From positions 1,935 through 65,934 of the forward strand of contig JACCVY010000196.1 of assembly GCA_013697915.1 (NCBI GenBank): a DNA stretch of 64,000 nucleotides, given 5' to 3'. The notes below the pieces were generated by a model. The model saw only the letters and a program-made list of their open reading frames with translations, was not told where the DNA came from and ran no database searches. The position numbers and the translations under genes are program-made. This document shows positions 1 to 8,377 of this stretch, piece after piece. The stretch comes from Blastocatellia bacterium. Lineage in GTDB: Bacteria > Acidobacteriota > Blastocatellia > Pyrinomonadales > Pyrinomonadaceae. Each line of letters begins with the position of its first letter. The first letter of the stretch is position 1.

Positions 1-525
1 CCATTCAATGAACTCAAAACCGTCCACGGTTGTTTGCTTCAGAGTTGGCTGACCATATGCGGTTTCGGCAAACTTTTTTAACGCTTGTTCCACTGAAGGC
101 TTGATACGACTTGCGGAGGTGTGGGTCTCAACTAGTAACGCGCCTTCCGGCTTGACTGTGAAAGTTTCGTCGTCCTGTGCGACGCCGAGGTCGGTGACAA
201 CCACCGCAAGCTGGGCGCGTGTAATGATCACCGAATTGACTGGCCCGATGCCGGTCCACCTTACGACCGTCCTCGACCAGTTATTACTATCCATTCGCCG
301 CTGGTTGCCCGAGAGGTCATTCACCAACTTCCACGCGTCAGTATTGGCTAAGGCTGCGAGGACATCCGCAGGATTGTTTGATTCGAGATAGACCAGCGAA
401 TCGGCGGGCGCATAGGCCGACATATCAACAGCTCGAGGGCGAAGCCACCAAAGCCAAGCGCCAAACATTGCAAGAAGTAGCAGGGCGGTAATGAAAAGCA
501 TTCGGGTTCGTGCCATTGGCCGCAT
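1..525 (-). CDS. hypothetical membrane-anchored protein, N-terminal part only (gene runs off the left edge)
   Basis: Hand translation of the minus strand from ATG (complement of 523-525) gives MRPMARTRMLFITALLLLAMFGAWLWWLRPRAVDMSAYAPADSLVYLESNN... It stays open for all 175 codons to position 1 and has an N-terminal hydrophobic anchor. It is absent from the ORF track because no stop lies in the window. Confidence 0.5.
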   Translation of the reverse strand, partial: MRPMARTRMLFITALLLLAMFGAWLWWLRPRAVDMSAYAPADSLVYLESNNPADVLAALANTDAWKLVNDLSGNQRRMDSNNWSRTVVRWTGIGPVNSVIITRAQLAVVVTDLGVAQDDETFTVKPEGALLVETHTSASRIKPSVEQALKKFAETAYGQPTLKQTTVDGFEFIEW

Positions 526-691
526 CCTAACCGCGCCCCCGAGGATGCGCAAGCACGATAATTTTCAATTGTCTCTTTTCCTGGAATGAACAGTTCGAGT
601 TCCAGAAAATCTCTAACGAGTACCAAATCGCGCCATCTGCCACCACCGTAAAACACAGCAGGATAAAGAGTTAAACTAACAAAAATAGTGA

Positions 692-720
692 TTGACATTG
701 TTTTGACCGTACTGTAGTCT
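692..720 (+). promoter_or_regulatory. candidate sigma70-type promoter upstream of the pil operon
   Basis: TTGACA (692-697), a 17-nt spacer, then TAGTCT (715-720). This would give a leader of about 320 nt before pilM. Confidence 0.3.
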
Positions 721-1040
721 GCTTGACGTCGGCAGTGAGGATGCTGTCTGATCAAACTCTTGCCGCTCCTCGTCCTCGATTCAGCAGCCTTCGCTTTCCA
801 GGAGGCTAAAATCCCTGAGAACTCCTGATTGTTGAATCCGGCGCTGTCATGCGCGTCCTGCCTCGAAGTTATAAGCCCGCCAGAGAAGCCTATCGCTAAG
901 GAATCAGACTTGAAAATCGATAAGCCAGCAACTCCCGCGAAAACCGCCAAAAGCCGGGTTTCAAGAGCAATGAAAGCTCGTGCCCGCCTGCGGCAACAGC
1001 ACCGAATGCGTTCTCTCTTCGTCGTGAGGAATAAATAAAC

Positions 1041-2105
1041 ATGTTTAAGAAAAGTATGGGCAAAAAGAATCTCGTTGGGCTCGACATCGGTTCCAGCTCC
1101 GTAAAGGCCGTCGAGTTGCAAAAGAAGGGAAACAGCCTTCACCTGGTGAGCCTAGGCTTTGAAAACCTTCAGGCCGACACCATCGTCGATGGTCAGATCA
1201 TGGAGTTGAACAACGTCTCCAACGTTATCAACAGCATTTTCAACGAGCATCAGATTAGGACTTCGAGAGTGGCAGCCGGCGTCAGCGGCAATTCAGTCAT
1301 TGTTAAGAACATTGTGCTTCCGCAGATGAGCGAAGACGAACTGCAAGAGTCATTCAGCTGGCACGCGGAAGAACATATTCCTTTCGATATCTCTGACGTG
1401 AACCTTGATTACCAGGTAACCAGCAGTTCCTCCGACGCGTTGAACGTTCTTATGGCGGCGTGCAAGCGTGACAAGATCGCTAACGTCAAGCAGGCAATTC
1501 AATTGGCCGGCAAACAACCAGTAGTGATCGACGTCGATTCGTTTGCGCTGCAAAACTGTTACGAGATGAACTACCAGCCGAAAGCGGGTGAGGTCGTAGC
1601 GTTGCTCAACATCGGCGCTTCGACGATGAACATCAATATATTGAATGGCACGCGCTCAGTCTTTGCGCGCGACGCTTCGGTCGGTGGCAGCCAATACACC
1701 AGTTTGCTTCAAAAAGAGCTGGGCTTGACGTTCGAGCAGGCTGAAGCCGTGAAGCGTGGATACCCGGTGCCCGAAGGCGTCGAGCCGCGTCCGATACAAC
1801 CGATCATCGAGACTATCTCCGACATCCTTGCTTTAGAGATTCGTAAGACGATGGATTTCTACCGAGCAACTGCCGAAGAGAGAGAAGAAGCGATCCAGAA
1901 GATTCTAGTGTCGGGGGGCGGTTCAAAGCTTCCCGGTTTGCCTGAGTATCTTGCGAAGCGGTTCGAGATTCCCGTCGAATTGTTTGATCCCTTCCGGCAA
2001 ATCCAGGTTGACGGTAGAAAGTTTGATCCGGATTACATGAAAGAGATCGTCCCGGACATGGCAATTGCCGTCGGTCTCGCCTTGAGAGGAGTAGAAACGG
2101 CATGA
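1041..2105 (+). CDS. pilM: type IV pilus assembly protein PilM (actin-like ATPase fold)
   Basis: 354 aa. The N-terminal GLDIGSSSVKAVEL motif is typical of PilM. It is first in a pilMNOPQ order and overlaps the next gene by 4 nt. Confidence 0.9.
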   Translation: MFKKSMGKKNLVGLDIGSSSVKAVELQKKGNSLHLVSLGFENLQADTIVDGQIMELNNVSNVINSIFNEHQIRTSRVAAGVSGNSVIVKNIVLPQMSEDELQESFSWHAEEHIPFDISDVNLDYQVTSSSSDALNVLMAACKRDKIANVKQAIQLAGKQPVVIDVDSFALQNCYEMNYQPKAGEVVALLNIGASTMNINILNGTRSVFARDASVGGSQYTSLLQKELGLTFEQAEAVKRGYPVPEGVEPRPIQPIIETISDILALEIRKTMDFYRATAEEREEAIQKILVSGGGSKLPGLPEYLAKRFEIPVELFDPFRQIQVDGRKFDPDYMKEIVPDMAIAVGLALRGVETA

Positions 2106-2779
2106 TCAAGATCAATTTGCTCGAGTCAATTACCGATCGCCCAACTGGGGCCGCGATGGTCGAAGCACGCGTAGCAAGCCCGCGCATGCAGACCCTCTTG
2201 CTGGCTCTCACCGTGTTTGGCCTCTTGATCCTGGGCGTGGGATACGACTACGTTAGCTCAAAGTCAAACCACGAAACCGCCCGGGTCGAACTTGAAAAGC
2301 AGAGAGCAATCAACTTGCAGATGCTGGCTGTGAACAAGGAACAGACAGAGCTGGAAAAGAAAGCACAGGAAATTCAGAGTCGCATCGATGCCATCAAGAG
2401 CCTGCGCGAATCGCAACAGGGTCCGAGTGCGGTGCTTCGTGAAGTCAAAGCGCGTTTTGACGGTGTCCCTGGGTTGTATCTGAGGAGTCTGGAACAAAAA
2501 GATGGTGAACTCACCATCAAGGGTCTTTCGCCAAACGAATCGTCGGTAACCCGGTTTGGCCAAAGCCTCGAGTTCTCATCAGGGTTGTTTACGAACCTCA
2601 ACATTGAGACTCAGCGCGAGACGGCGCAACCGAGCGGGACAGCAGCGACAGTGACAACCGATGCCGCCGTAGTGCTTCCTGAAGTCGTTGCTTTTACGGT
2701 GAAGTGCAGTTACACCAAGAAACCTCAAGCGCAATCAGCAGCCCCAGCATCCTCCAACCAGGTGGCACTGAAGAAATAA
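2102..2779 (+). CDS. pilN: type IV pilus assembly protein PilN
   Basis: Starts MIKINLL, followed by a single TM helix and a coiled-coil. Position in the operon fits PilN. Confidence 0.85.
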   Translation: MIKINLLESITDRPTGAAMVEARVASPRMQTLLLALTVFGLLILGVGYDYVSSKSNHETARVELEKQRAINLQMLAVNKEQTELEKKAQEIQSRIDAIKSLRESQQGPSAVLREVKARFDGVPGLYLRSLEQKDGELTIKGLSPNESSVTRFGQSLEFSSGLFTNLNIETQRETAQPSGTAATVTTDAAVVLPEVVAFTVKCSYTKKPQAQSAAPASSNQVALKK

Positions 2780-2824
2780 CCTACCGAGGTAATCCCGGAC
2801 ACTATCGGGGAAGGAACTAAACAG

Positions 2825-3460
2825 ATGAAAATAGGTAATCTTAAAGCACTGCCCTGGTATCTGCGACTAGCGATGTTCGTAGCGGTCGCCGCGGTCCTCT
2901 ATGGCGGCTTCTGGTACTTGGTAACGCGGCCGACACGAGCCGAAACGCAGCAATTCAATAACGAGATTGCTCAGCTCCTGCCAAAGAATGCGCAAGCCCA
3001 AATTGCTTCTCAACGATTGAACGAGTTTCGCGCGGTTTATAAAGCGCGTCAGGAAGAATACGAAGAACTAAAGGCGTTGCTGCCCGAGCAGCGCGAGATA
3101 ACGATGGTATTGCAGGGCGTTCAGGATCGAGCTCGCGGCAACGGGTTGGTACTGAAGAAGTTTTTACCTAAGGAAGACGTGCAGGAAGGGAATTACAGCG
3201 GCAAGAAGATCGAAGTGAGTGTTACTAGCTCGTTTGCCTCGCTGCGCTCTTTCTTTGAACAGTTGGCGCACTACCAGCGCATCGTTTCAATTAGTAACTT
3301 TCAGATTCATCAGGTCGATAAGCAGACGTCAATGAAAACTGTCGACGCCACTTTTGATCTGACTGCCTACTATGTTTCTGCAGAGAAACTGAATCCCCCT
3401 GCCGCACAGCCTGCCGTTTCTGGCCAGGTTCCGCCTGCAGCAGAACCACCCAAGAAGTAA
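2825..3460 (+). CDS. pilO: type IV pilus assembly protein PilO
   Basis: 211 aa with an N-terminal TM helix followed by a coiled-coil. It is third in the pilMNOPQ order. Confidence 0.8.
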   Translation: MKIGNLKALPWYLRLAMFVAVAAVLYGGFWYLVTRPTRAETQQFNNEIAQLLPKNAQAQIASQRLNEFRAVYKARQEEYEELKALLPEQREITMVLQGVQDRARGNGLVLKKFLPKEDVQEGNYSGKKIEVSVTSSFASLRSFFEQLAHYQRIVSISNFQIHQVDKQTSMKTVDATFDLTAYYVSAEKLNPPAAQPAVSGQVPPAAEPPKK

Positions 3461-3497
3461 GTCTTCTGCCTAACGCCAACCAGGAAAAATAATTATC

Positions 3498-4115
3498 ATG
3501 AAATATCAAGCGAAAACCTTTCAAAGTGCGTTGGTCATGTTTCTATTCGCCGGCGCCCTGGCATTCAGTGCGAGCATTTCCGTAAAGGCGCAGGATAGCA
3601 AGGACGTCAAGGCGCCTGTGCGGACGAATTCAGGTGGCCGCGATCCGTTCCAGAAATATGAACCACCGCGCGTCACTGTTAAGAAAACTGGACCCCTCAC
3701 GCCCCCCTCGGTTCAGGTAAGAATTGCGCAATACCGGGCGCAGAAACTTGCGGCATTGAATGCTCATATCGCGGCGCCGAAACCGACGACGGCGTTCCTG
3801 CTTAATGAAATCCAGGTGGTCGGCATCTCACGCTCGCCGCGTGGTTATGCAGCAATCGTTGAAGCATCGCCAATCAAACTCGCTTACGTTATCTATCCGG
3901 GCGAACGGTTTTACGATGGTCAGTTAGTGGCTATCGAAGATAACCGTTTGATCTTCCGTCGCGAAGTGGTTTTTGCTGACGGTAGACGCGAGCGTTCAGT
4001 TGAAATGAAGCCGTTGCGTCAGCCAACCACTGTCGATGCCCTAGCCTCAGTGAAAACGGCCCCTGCCAGTTCCGCGCCTGCCGACGAAAAGAAGCCAGTC
4101 GCTGATAAGCCCTAG
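3498..4115 (+). CDS. pilP: PilP-like pilus assembly protein
   Basis: 205 aa with a signal peptide and a C-terminal beta domain (LNEIQVVGIS...GYAAIVE...GERFYDGQLVAIEDNRLIF). It sits directly before the secretin gene. Confidence 0.7.
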   Translation: MKYQAKTFQSALVMFLFAGALAFSASISVKAQDSKDVKAPVRTNSGGRDPFQKYEPPRVTVKKTGPLTPPSVQVRIAQYRAQKLAALNAHIAAPKPTTAFLLNEIQVVGISRSPRGYAAIVEASPIKLAYVIYPGERFYDGQLVAIEDNRLIFRREVVFADGRRERSVEMKPLRQPTTVDALASVKTAPASSAPADEKKPVADKP

Positions 4116-4303
4116 TTTCCGGTTTCGAATCGTTTTCAAGTTCGAAACCAATTCCCGCGTAGTCACCCATCAGTACCAATTCTGCTACGCAGTTTGATAA
4201 TCAACCCCGGACGAGTCGCATGTGCGGCGCGCGCTTCAAGCTGAAAGGCAGCACGAGCGTAGCGTGTGGCGGCTAACGCTCCGCAATTCCCTAGGAGGGA
4301 AAG

Positions 4304-6241
4304 ATGCTTTATCTGCCTCTAATTCAAAAAGCAACCAAGAGGACCACGCTCGTCCTCGTCTTCATTTGCCTGTGCGGCGTGCAGAGTTTTGCTGCAGGCG
4401 ATGCAGCCGCAGTGCCGACTGCCTCTTCTGTCGACGCTACGGCGGCCCTCGTTGAAACGGCCGCGCAACAGACACCTTCGCCTGTGCCAGTCGCGGCGCC
4501 GACCACCAGTATTTCGCCGGCGTCCAGTCAAGCGACGCAGTCGCAACAGGGCAGGCAGTATGGCCAACCGGGATTTGTCGGCGAACCGATCAATCTCAAT
4601 GTGGTCAACGCCGACATTCGCGACATTCTCAATTACATCACCGAACAGTATGGCGTGAACTTTGTCATCGATAGTTCCGTCGGGGCCGTGCCCGTGACGG
4701 TCAACGTTCAGGATGTGCCGTGGAATGTTGCACTGGACGCAGTCTTAAAGGCTAATCGTCTGGGTGTCGAATCGAGTGGCAACATTCTACGGGTGGCAAC
4801 CACTGAAGTGCTGGCGAAAGAATCAGAGACGCAGAGAGTGATCAACGATTCGCGTCTGGACGCCTCTCCATTGGTGACCGAGTTCATTCGATTAAATTAC
4901 GCGCGCGCTTCGGGCACATTGGCCCAGGCTGCCGGGTCGACCGGCGCCTTCTCCGGTGGTTCAACCAACCTCAGCTTCAGCGGTGGAGCCGGTGGCGACG
5001 CGACCGGGGGCAGCGGCGATCAAGGCTTGCTACCAATTATCTCCCGCCGCCTATCACGCCGTGGCTCGATCGAAGTCGACGGCCGCAGCAACACGCTGAT
5101 CATTACTGACGTGAAAGAAAACATCGAAGCGATTCGTCAACTGGCCGCGATTCTGGATCAACCGGAGCCACAAGTTGAGATCGAAACGCGAATTGTTATT
5201 GCGCAGCACAACTTCAGCCGCGATCTCGGCGCCCAACTGTCAGCCGGCGTTGTTAATTTGGGGCGCGGCGGCCTTGCTAATATCTCTTCGCTTCCGGCGA
5301 CTTCGACCTCGGCTTCGGGCAGTGGTTCGGGGTCGGGTACCGGAACCGGCGGCACAGGAACCAGTGGGGTTAAGAGTGGTCCAAACCCGTTCGGTGTCTT
5401 CGGCGGACTAACCGGCACAAATCAACCTCTTGGTTCGCTCGGCGCAGCCGCGGCGAACACAGTCATCGGATTGACGACCGGTCTTTTCGGCACGGCGCAA
5501 ATCAGCGCGCTGATAACTCTCGCAGAATCGCGAGGCGAAGCGAAGACAGTTGCCACGCCACGCGTCACTGCCTTAAATAACCGGCCGGCGCAGATCGAAA
5601 GCGGCTCGCAGATTCCTGTGCAAACCACGCAGGCTGCCAGCGGCACGGCGGTTGTCACTACTACCTTCGTTTCAGTTCCTTTGCGCCTTTCAATCACGCC
5701 GCAGATTACCGATGTTGGTACCGTTATTCTTCGCGTTACGATTGAAAACAACACTATCAACACTGGTATCGCCGTGGGTGGCGTACCCGGCATCGACACG
5801 CAGCGCATGCAGTCGGAAGTGCTTGTGCCAGATGGCGGCACCACGGTTATGGGTGGCGTTCTAGCCGACACTGAAGGTGAAACGCGACAGAGAACGCCGG
5901 GCCTCGCCTCGATTCCGATCATTGGAAATATGTTCAAGCGTAAACTTACTACACGCTCGAGCAGCGAGATCTTGTTCTTCATCACGCCGCACATCTATCG
6001 GCCTGATTACCAGGGTCGGCCAACTGCCGGAGCCATCAGCAATGGCCCGCGAACCACAACCATCTCGCAGCCAGTGCCATTGGGGAATCCACAGAGCAAC
6101 ACACCGACCCCGACGCAGTTGCAGCAACAGCAGCAAGCGCCGCAGTCAGCGCCGCAGGGCTTAAACGCTCCGGCGCCGAACGCTCCGCCCGCAAACACCC
6201 CCAGTGCCCGTCCTGGCACCTTGAGCGGTCAGCGTCCATAA
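4304..6241 (+). CDS. pilQ: type IV pilus secretin PilQ
   Basis: 645 aa with N0/secretin-N-like repeats, the LIITD motif and a C-terminal secretin motif (TPGLASIPIIGNMFKRK...ILFFITP). Confidence 0.9.
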   Translation: MLYLPLIQKATKRTTLVLVFICLCGVQSFAAGDAAAVPTASSVDATAALVETAAQQTPSPVPVAAPTTSISPASSQATQSQQGRQYGQPGFVGEPINLNVVNADIRDILNYITEQYGVNFVIDSSVGAVPVTVNVQDVPWNVALDAVLKANRLGVESSGNILRVATTEVLAKESETQRVINDSRLDASPLVTEFIRLNYARASGTLAQAAGSTGAFSGGSTNLSFSGGAGGDATGGSGDQGLLPIISRRLSRRGSIEVDGRSNTLIITDVKENIEAIRQLAAILDQPEPQVEIETRIVIAQHNFSRDLGAQLSAGVVNLGRGGLANISSLPATSTSASGSGSGSGTGTGGTGTSGVKSGPNPFGVFGGLTGTNQPLGSLGAAAANTVIGLTTGLFGTAQISALITLAESRGEAKTVATPRVTALNNRPAQIESGSQIPVQTTQAASGTAVVTTTFVSVPLRLSITPQITDVGTVILRVTIENNTINTGIAVGGVPGIDTQRMQSEVLVPDGGTTVMGGVLADTEGETRQRTPGLASIPIIGNMFKRKLTTRSSSEILFFITPHIYRPDYQGRPTAGAISNGPRTTTISQPVPLGNPQSNTPTPTQLQQQQQAPQSAPQGLNAPAPNAPPANTPSARPGTLSGQRP

Positions 6242-6252
6242 GGATAAAAACC

Positions 6253-6618
6253 ATGTTCAAGGATGTATTGGAAAAAATAATTGAGCGCACCGAGGGCAGC
6301 CTCGGTGCACTCATAATGGGAATCGATGGCATCGCCGTTGAGCGTTCGCTCAAGCAGGCGGGCGACGAAGCAAACCTCGACGTCGCGGCGGCTGAGTTTA
6401 CTTCGCTAGTGCGAAGTGCACAGAAAGCCGGAAACGACACCGGGCTTGGTGCCCTGCGCGAGTTGGTAATTTCCCTCGACAACGCGATTCTGCTGGTGCG
6501 CTTGTTGGGCAAGGAATATTTTGTCGTGCTGGCAATAAGTCCTGAAGGCAACCTTGGGCGCGCGCGCTTCGAACTACGTAAGGCTGAATTACAAATCGCA
6601 AGCGAGTTTGCGATGTAA
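6253..6618 (+). CDS. Roadblock/LC7 (MglB-like) domain protein
   Basis: 121 aa. The pattern LEKIIERTEGSLGALIMGIDGIAVE...ILLVRLLGKEYFVVLAISPEGNLGRARFELRKA fits the Robl/LC7 fold. It starts 11 nt after the pilQ stop. Confidence 0.75.
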   Translation: MFKDVLEKIIERTEGSLGALIMGIDGIAVERSLKQAGDEANLDVAAAEFTSLVRSAQKAGNDTGLGALRELVISLDNAILLVRLLGKEYFVVLAISPEGNLGRARFELRKAELQIASEFAM

Positions 6619-6639
6619 ACAATTCACATCTCACTACCT

Positions 6640-6670
6640 AAAAAGCCGCTTCTTAGGAAGCGGCTTTTTG
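6640..6670. terminator. bidirectional rho-independent terminator
   Basis: A-run, then stem gccgcttc (6645-6652), loop ttag, stem gaagcggc (6657-6664), then ttttt. It lies between convergent genes. Confidence 0.8.
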
Positions 6671-6700
6671 TTTGCGAGGGAGACGGGAACAAAGGATCGG

Positions 6701-7453
6701 CTATGGCAAACGAACGTAGGGCATGCCCCGCAGAATAATTCTTTGCCGGCGCGCAACGCGGCGGGCGTTGACTTGCGGATTGAAAACGGTCCGCGGGTTC
6801 GGAATCATCGCCGAGAGATAAGCAGCTTCATTCGCGCTCAACGCGGACGCGGGCTTATGGAAATAGTGTTGGGCGGCAGCTTCTGCGCCATAAATGCCGT
6901 CGCCCCATTCAATGACGTTCAGATAAAGTTCAAGGATACGGCGCTTGTTTAATTCGCGCTCCAGAAAAATGGTCAGAATCGCTTCCTCGCCTTTGCGAAA
7001 AAAAGATTTTTGCGAAGAGAGATAAAGATTCTTAGCCAGCTGCTGTGTGATGGTTGATGCGCCACGCTTGAAGTCTGGCAGGTTGGGCAGCCAGTCGTCG
7101 TTTTCACCTTCCTTCTTTGCCTCCTTTGCAGCTTCGCGCATGCCCTGGTCCCAAACCTTTTGAATCGCGCCGTAGTCAAAGCCATGATGCGTCACGAAGT
7201 TTGTATCTTCGCCCGCTATGACCGCGCGTTGAAGGTTTGGAGAGATGCGATCGAGCGGAACCCATAGCTGTTCGCGCTTCGGTTGTAGCCCTTGAGATCG
7301 GGCTTCATTTGCGCGTGTCTCGATTAGCGAAGTTGACAGAGGGGTTTCCGTCTTCAACCGCGATATCCGTATGAACATGATCGCTTGATAAGCGATAAAG
7401 CCCACCAGGATGCCGGCAAAGATCAGGAATAGAGTCTGAAAGATCTTTCGCAT
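6701..7453 (-). CDS. mtgA: monofunctional biosynthetic peptidoglycan transglycosylase
   Basis: 250 aa with an N-terminal TM helix and GT51 motifs EDTNFVTHHGFD and GASTITQQLAKN. Confidence 0.9.
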   Translation of the reverse strand: MRKIFQTLFLIFAGILVGFIAYQAIMFIRISRLKTETPLSTSLIETRANEARSQGLQPKREQLWVPLDRISPNLQRAVIAGEDTNFVTHHGFDYGAIQKVWDQGMREAAKEAKKEGENDDWLPNLPDFKRGASTITQQLAKNLYLSSQKSFFRKGEEAILTIFLERELNKRRILELYLNVIEWGDGIYGAEAAAQHYFHKPASALSANEAAYLSAMIPNPRTVFNPQVNARRVARRQRIILRGMPYVRLP

Positions 7454-7455
7454 GT

Positions 7456-8271
7456 TCAGCGCGAGCGTTGGCGCGGATCGAGATACTCGCGCAACCCGTC
7501 GCCGATGAAATTAAAAGCCAGCACCGTCAGCGCGATTGCTATTCCCGGAAAAATCAAAGCGTGTGGCGCAGCCTGAAGTGTGGAGAGGTCGCGTGCTTCT
7601 TCAATCATGACTCCCCACGAAGGCGCTGGCGGCGGAACACCCAATCCCAGGAATGAGAGTGCTGCTTCCGAGAGGACCGCGCCGGCCATGCCGAGGCTGG
7701 CCTGGACGATTAGCGGCTGAATAGCGTTTGGCAAAATGTGAACTAACAGGATGCGGGCGTCACTAGCTCCCAGGGCCCGCGCGGCCTGCACAAAATCATA
7801 CTCGCGCACTTTCAAGACCTGTCCCCGGATTAATCGCGCGTAGCCCACCCAGCCAATAATGCATAGCGCCAGGATTAGTTTGTTCAGGCCAGCGCCCAAA
7901 AAGGCCACCATTGCGATCGCCAAAAGTAAGCCTGGGAAAGCGAGAAACACGTTGAAGACATAGCCGGAAACAATTCGATCCAGCCAGCCACCGTAGTAGC
8001 CGGCGAGGGCACCGAGGATTGTGCCAATGAAGGTTGAAACGGATACGACGACTATCCCTACCTCAAGCGAAATGCGTGCGCCAAAAACCACACGCGAAAA
8101 AATATCTCGCCCGGTGGAATCAGTTCCGAAGAAGTACTGAGCTGAAGGAGGAAGATAACGAAGAGAAAGATTGGTCGCACCTACATCGTGCGTGGCGATC
8201 CACGGCGCGAATAGCGCGACGATAACGAGCACCGAAACTATTACGAGACCAACTATAGTTAACCGATTCAT
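7456..8271 (-). CDS. ABC transporter permease, DppC/OppC family
   Basis: 271 aa and multi-TM, with peptide/nickel permease signatures (SFLGLGVPPPAPSWG). Confidence 0.9.
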   Translation of the reverse strand: MNRLTIVGLVIVSVLVIVALFAPWIATHDVGATNLSLRYLPPSAQYFFGTDSTGRDIFSRVVFGARISLEVGIVVVSVSTFIGTILGALAGYYGGWLDRIVSGYVFNVFLAFPGLLLAIAMVAFLGAGLNKLILALCIIGWVGYARLIRGQVLKVREYDFVQAARALGASDARILLVHILPNAIQPLIVQASLGMAGAVLSEAALSFLGLGVPPPAPSWGVMIEEARDLSTLQAAPHALIFPGIAIALTVLAFNFIGDGLREYLDPRQRSR

Positions 8272-8293
8272 AAATATCTGATGGGTCTTAGGG

Positions 8294-8368
8294 CTTTGGA
8301 CTTAGGTCTTTGCCGTTCGCTCTTGGGGCGCGATGTTTAAAGCCAAGACCAAAGACCTAAGCCCAAAG
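8294..8368 (-). repeat. intercistronic hairpin with stuttering arms
   Basis: Arm ctttggacttaggtctttg (8294-8312) matches the reverse complement of 8350-8368 at 18 of 19 positions. The single difference is a G:U pair only in the minus-strand (sense) RNA. Confidence 0.7.
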
Positions 8369-8377
8369 TTCAGTACT

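Noticed and set aside
101-391. 96-aa plus-strand ORF at the window start
   Set aside because: It is antisense to the membrane-anchored gene that reads cleanly off the left edge, and it has no motif support.
829-1038. 69-aa TTG-initiated basic ORF just upstream of pilM, considered as a gene
   Set aside because: It has no RBS at a suitable distance, a non-ATG start and no recognisable family. I kept it only as a remark in the leader finding.
348-1142. 264-aa minus-strand ORF spanning the region upstream of pilM
   Set aside because: It crosses the intergenic and promoter region and overlaps the pilM start. It is Cys/Arg-rich with no recognisable domain. It also overlaps, in another frame, the better-supported partial gene at 1-525. 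I treat it as a chance ORF.
5422-5994. 190-aa minus-strand ORF inside pilQ
   Set aside because: It is antisense to the conserved secretin domain and has no features of its own.
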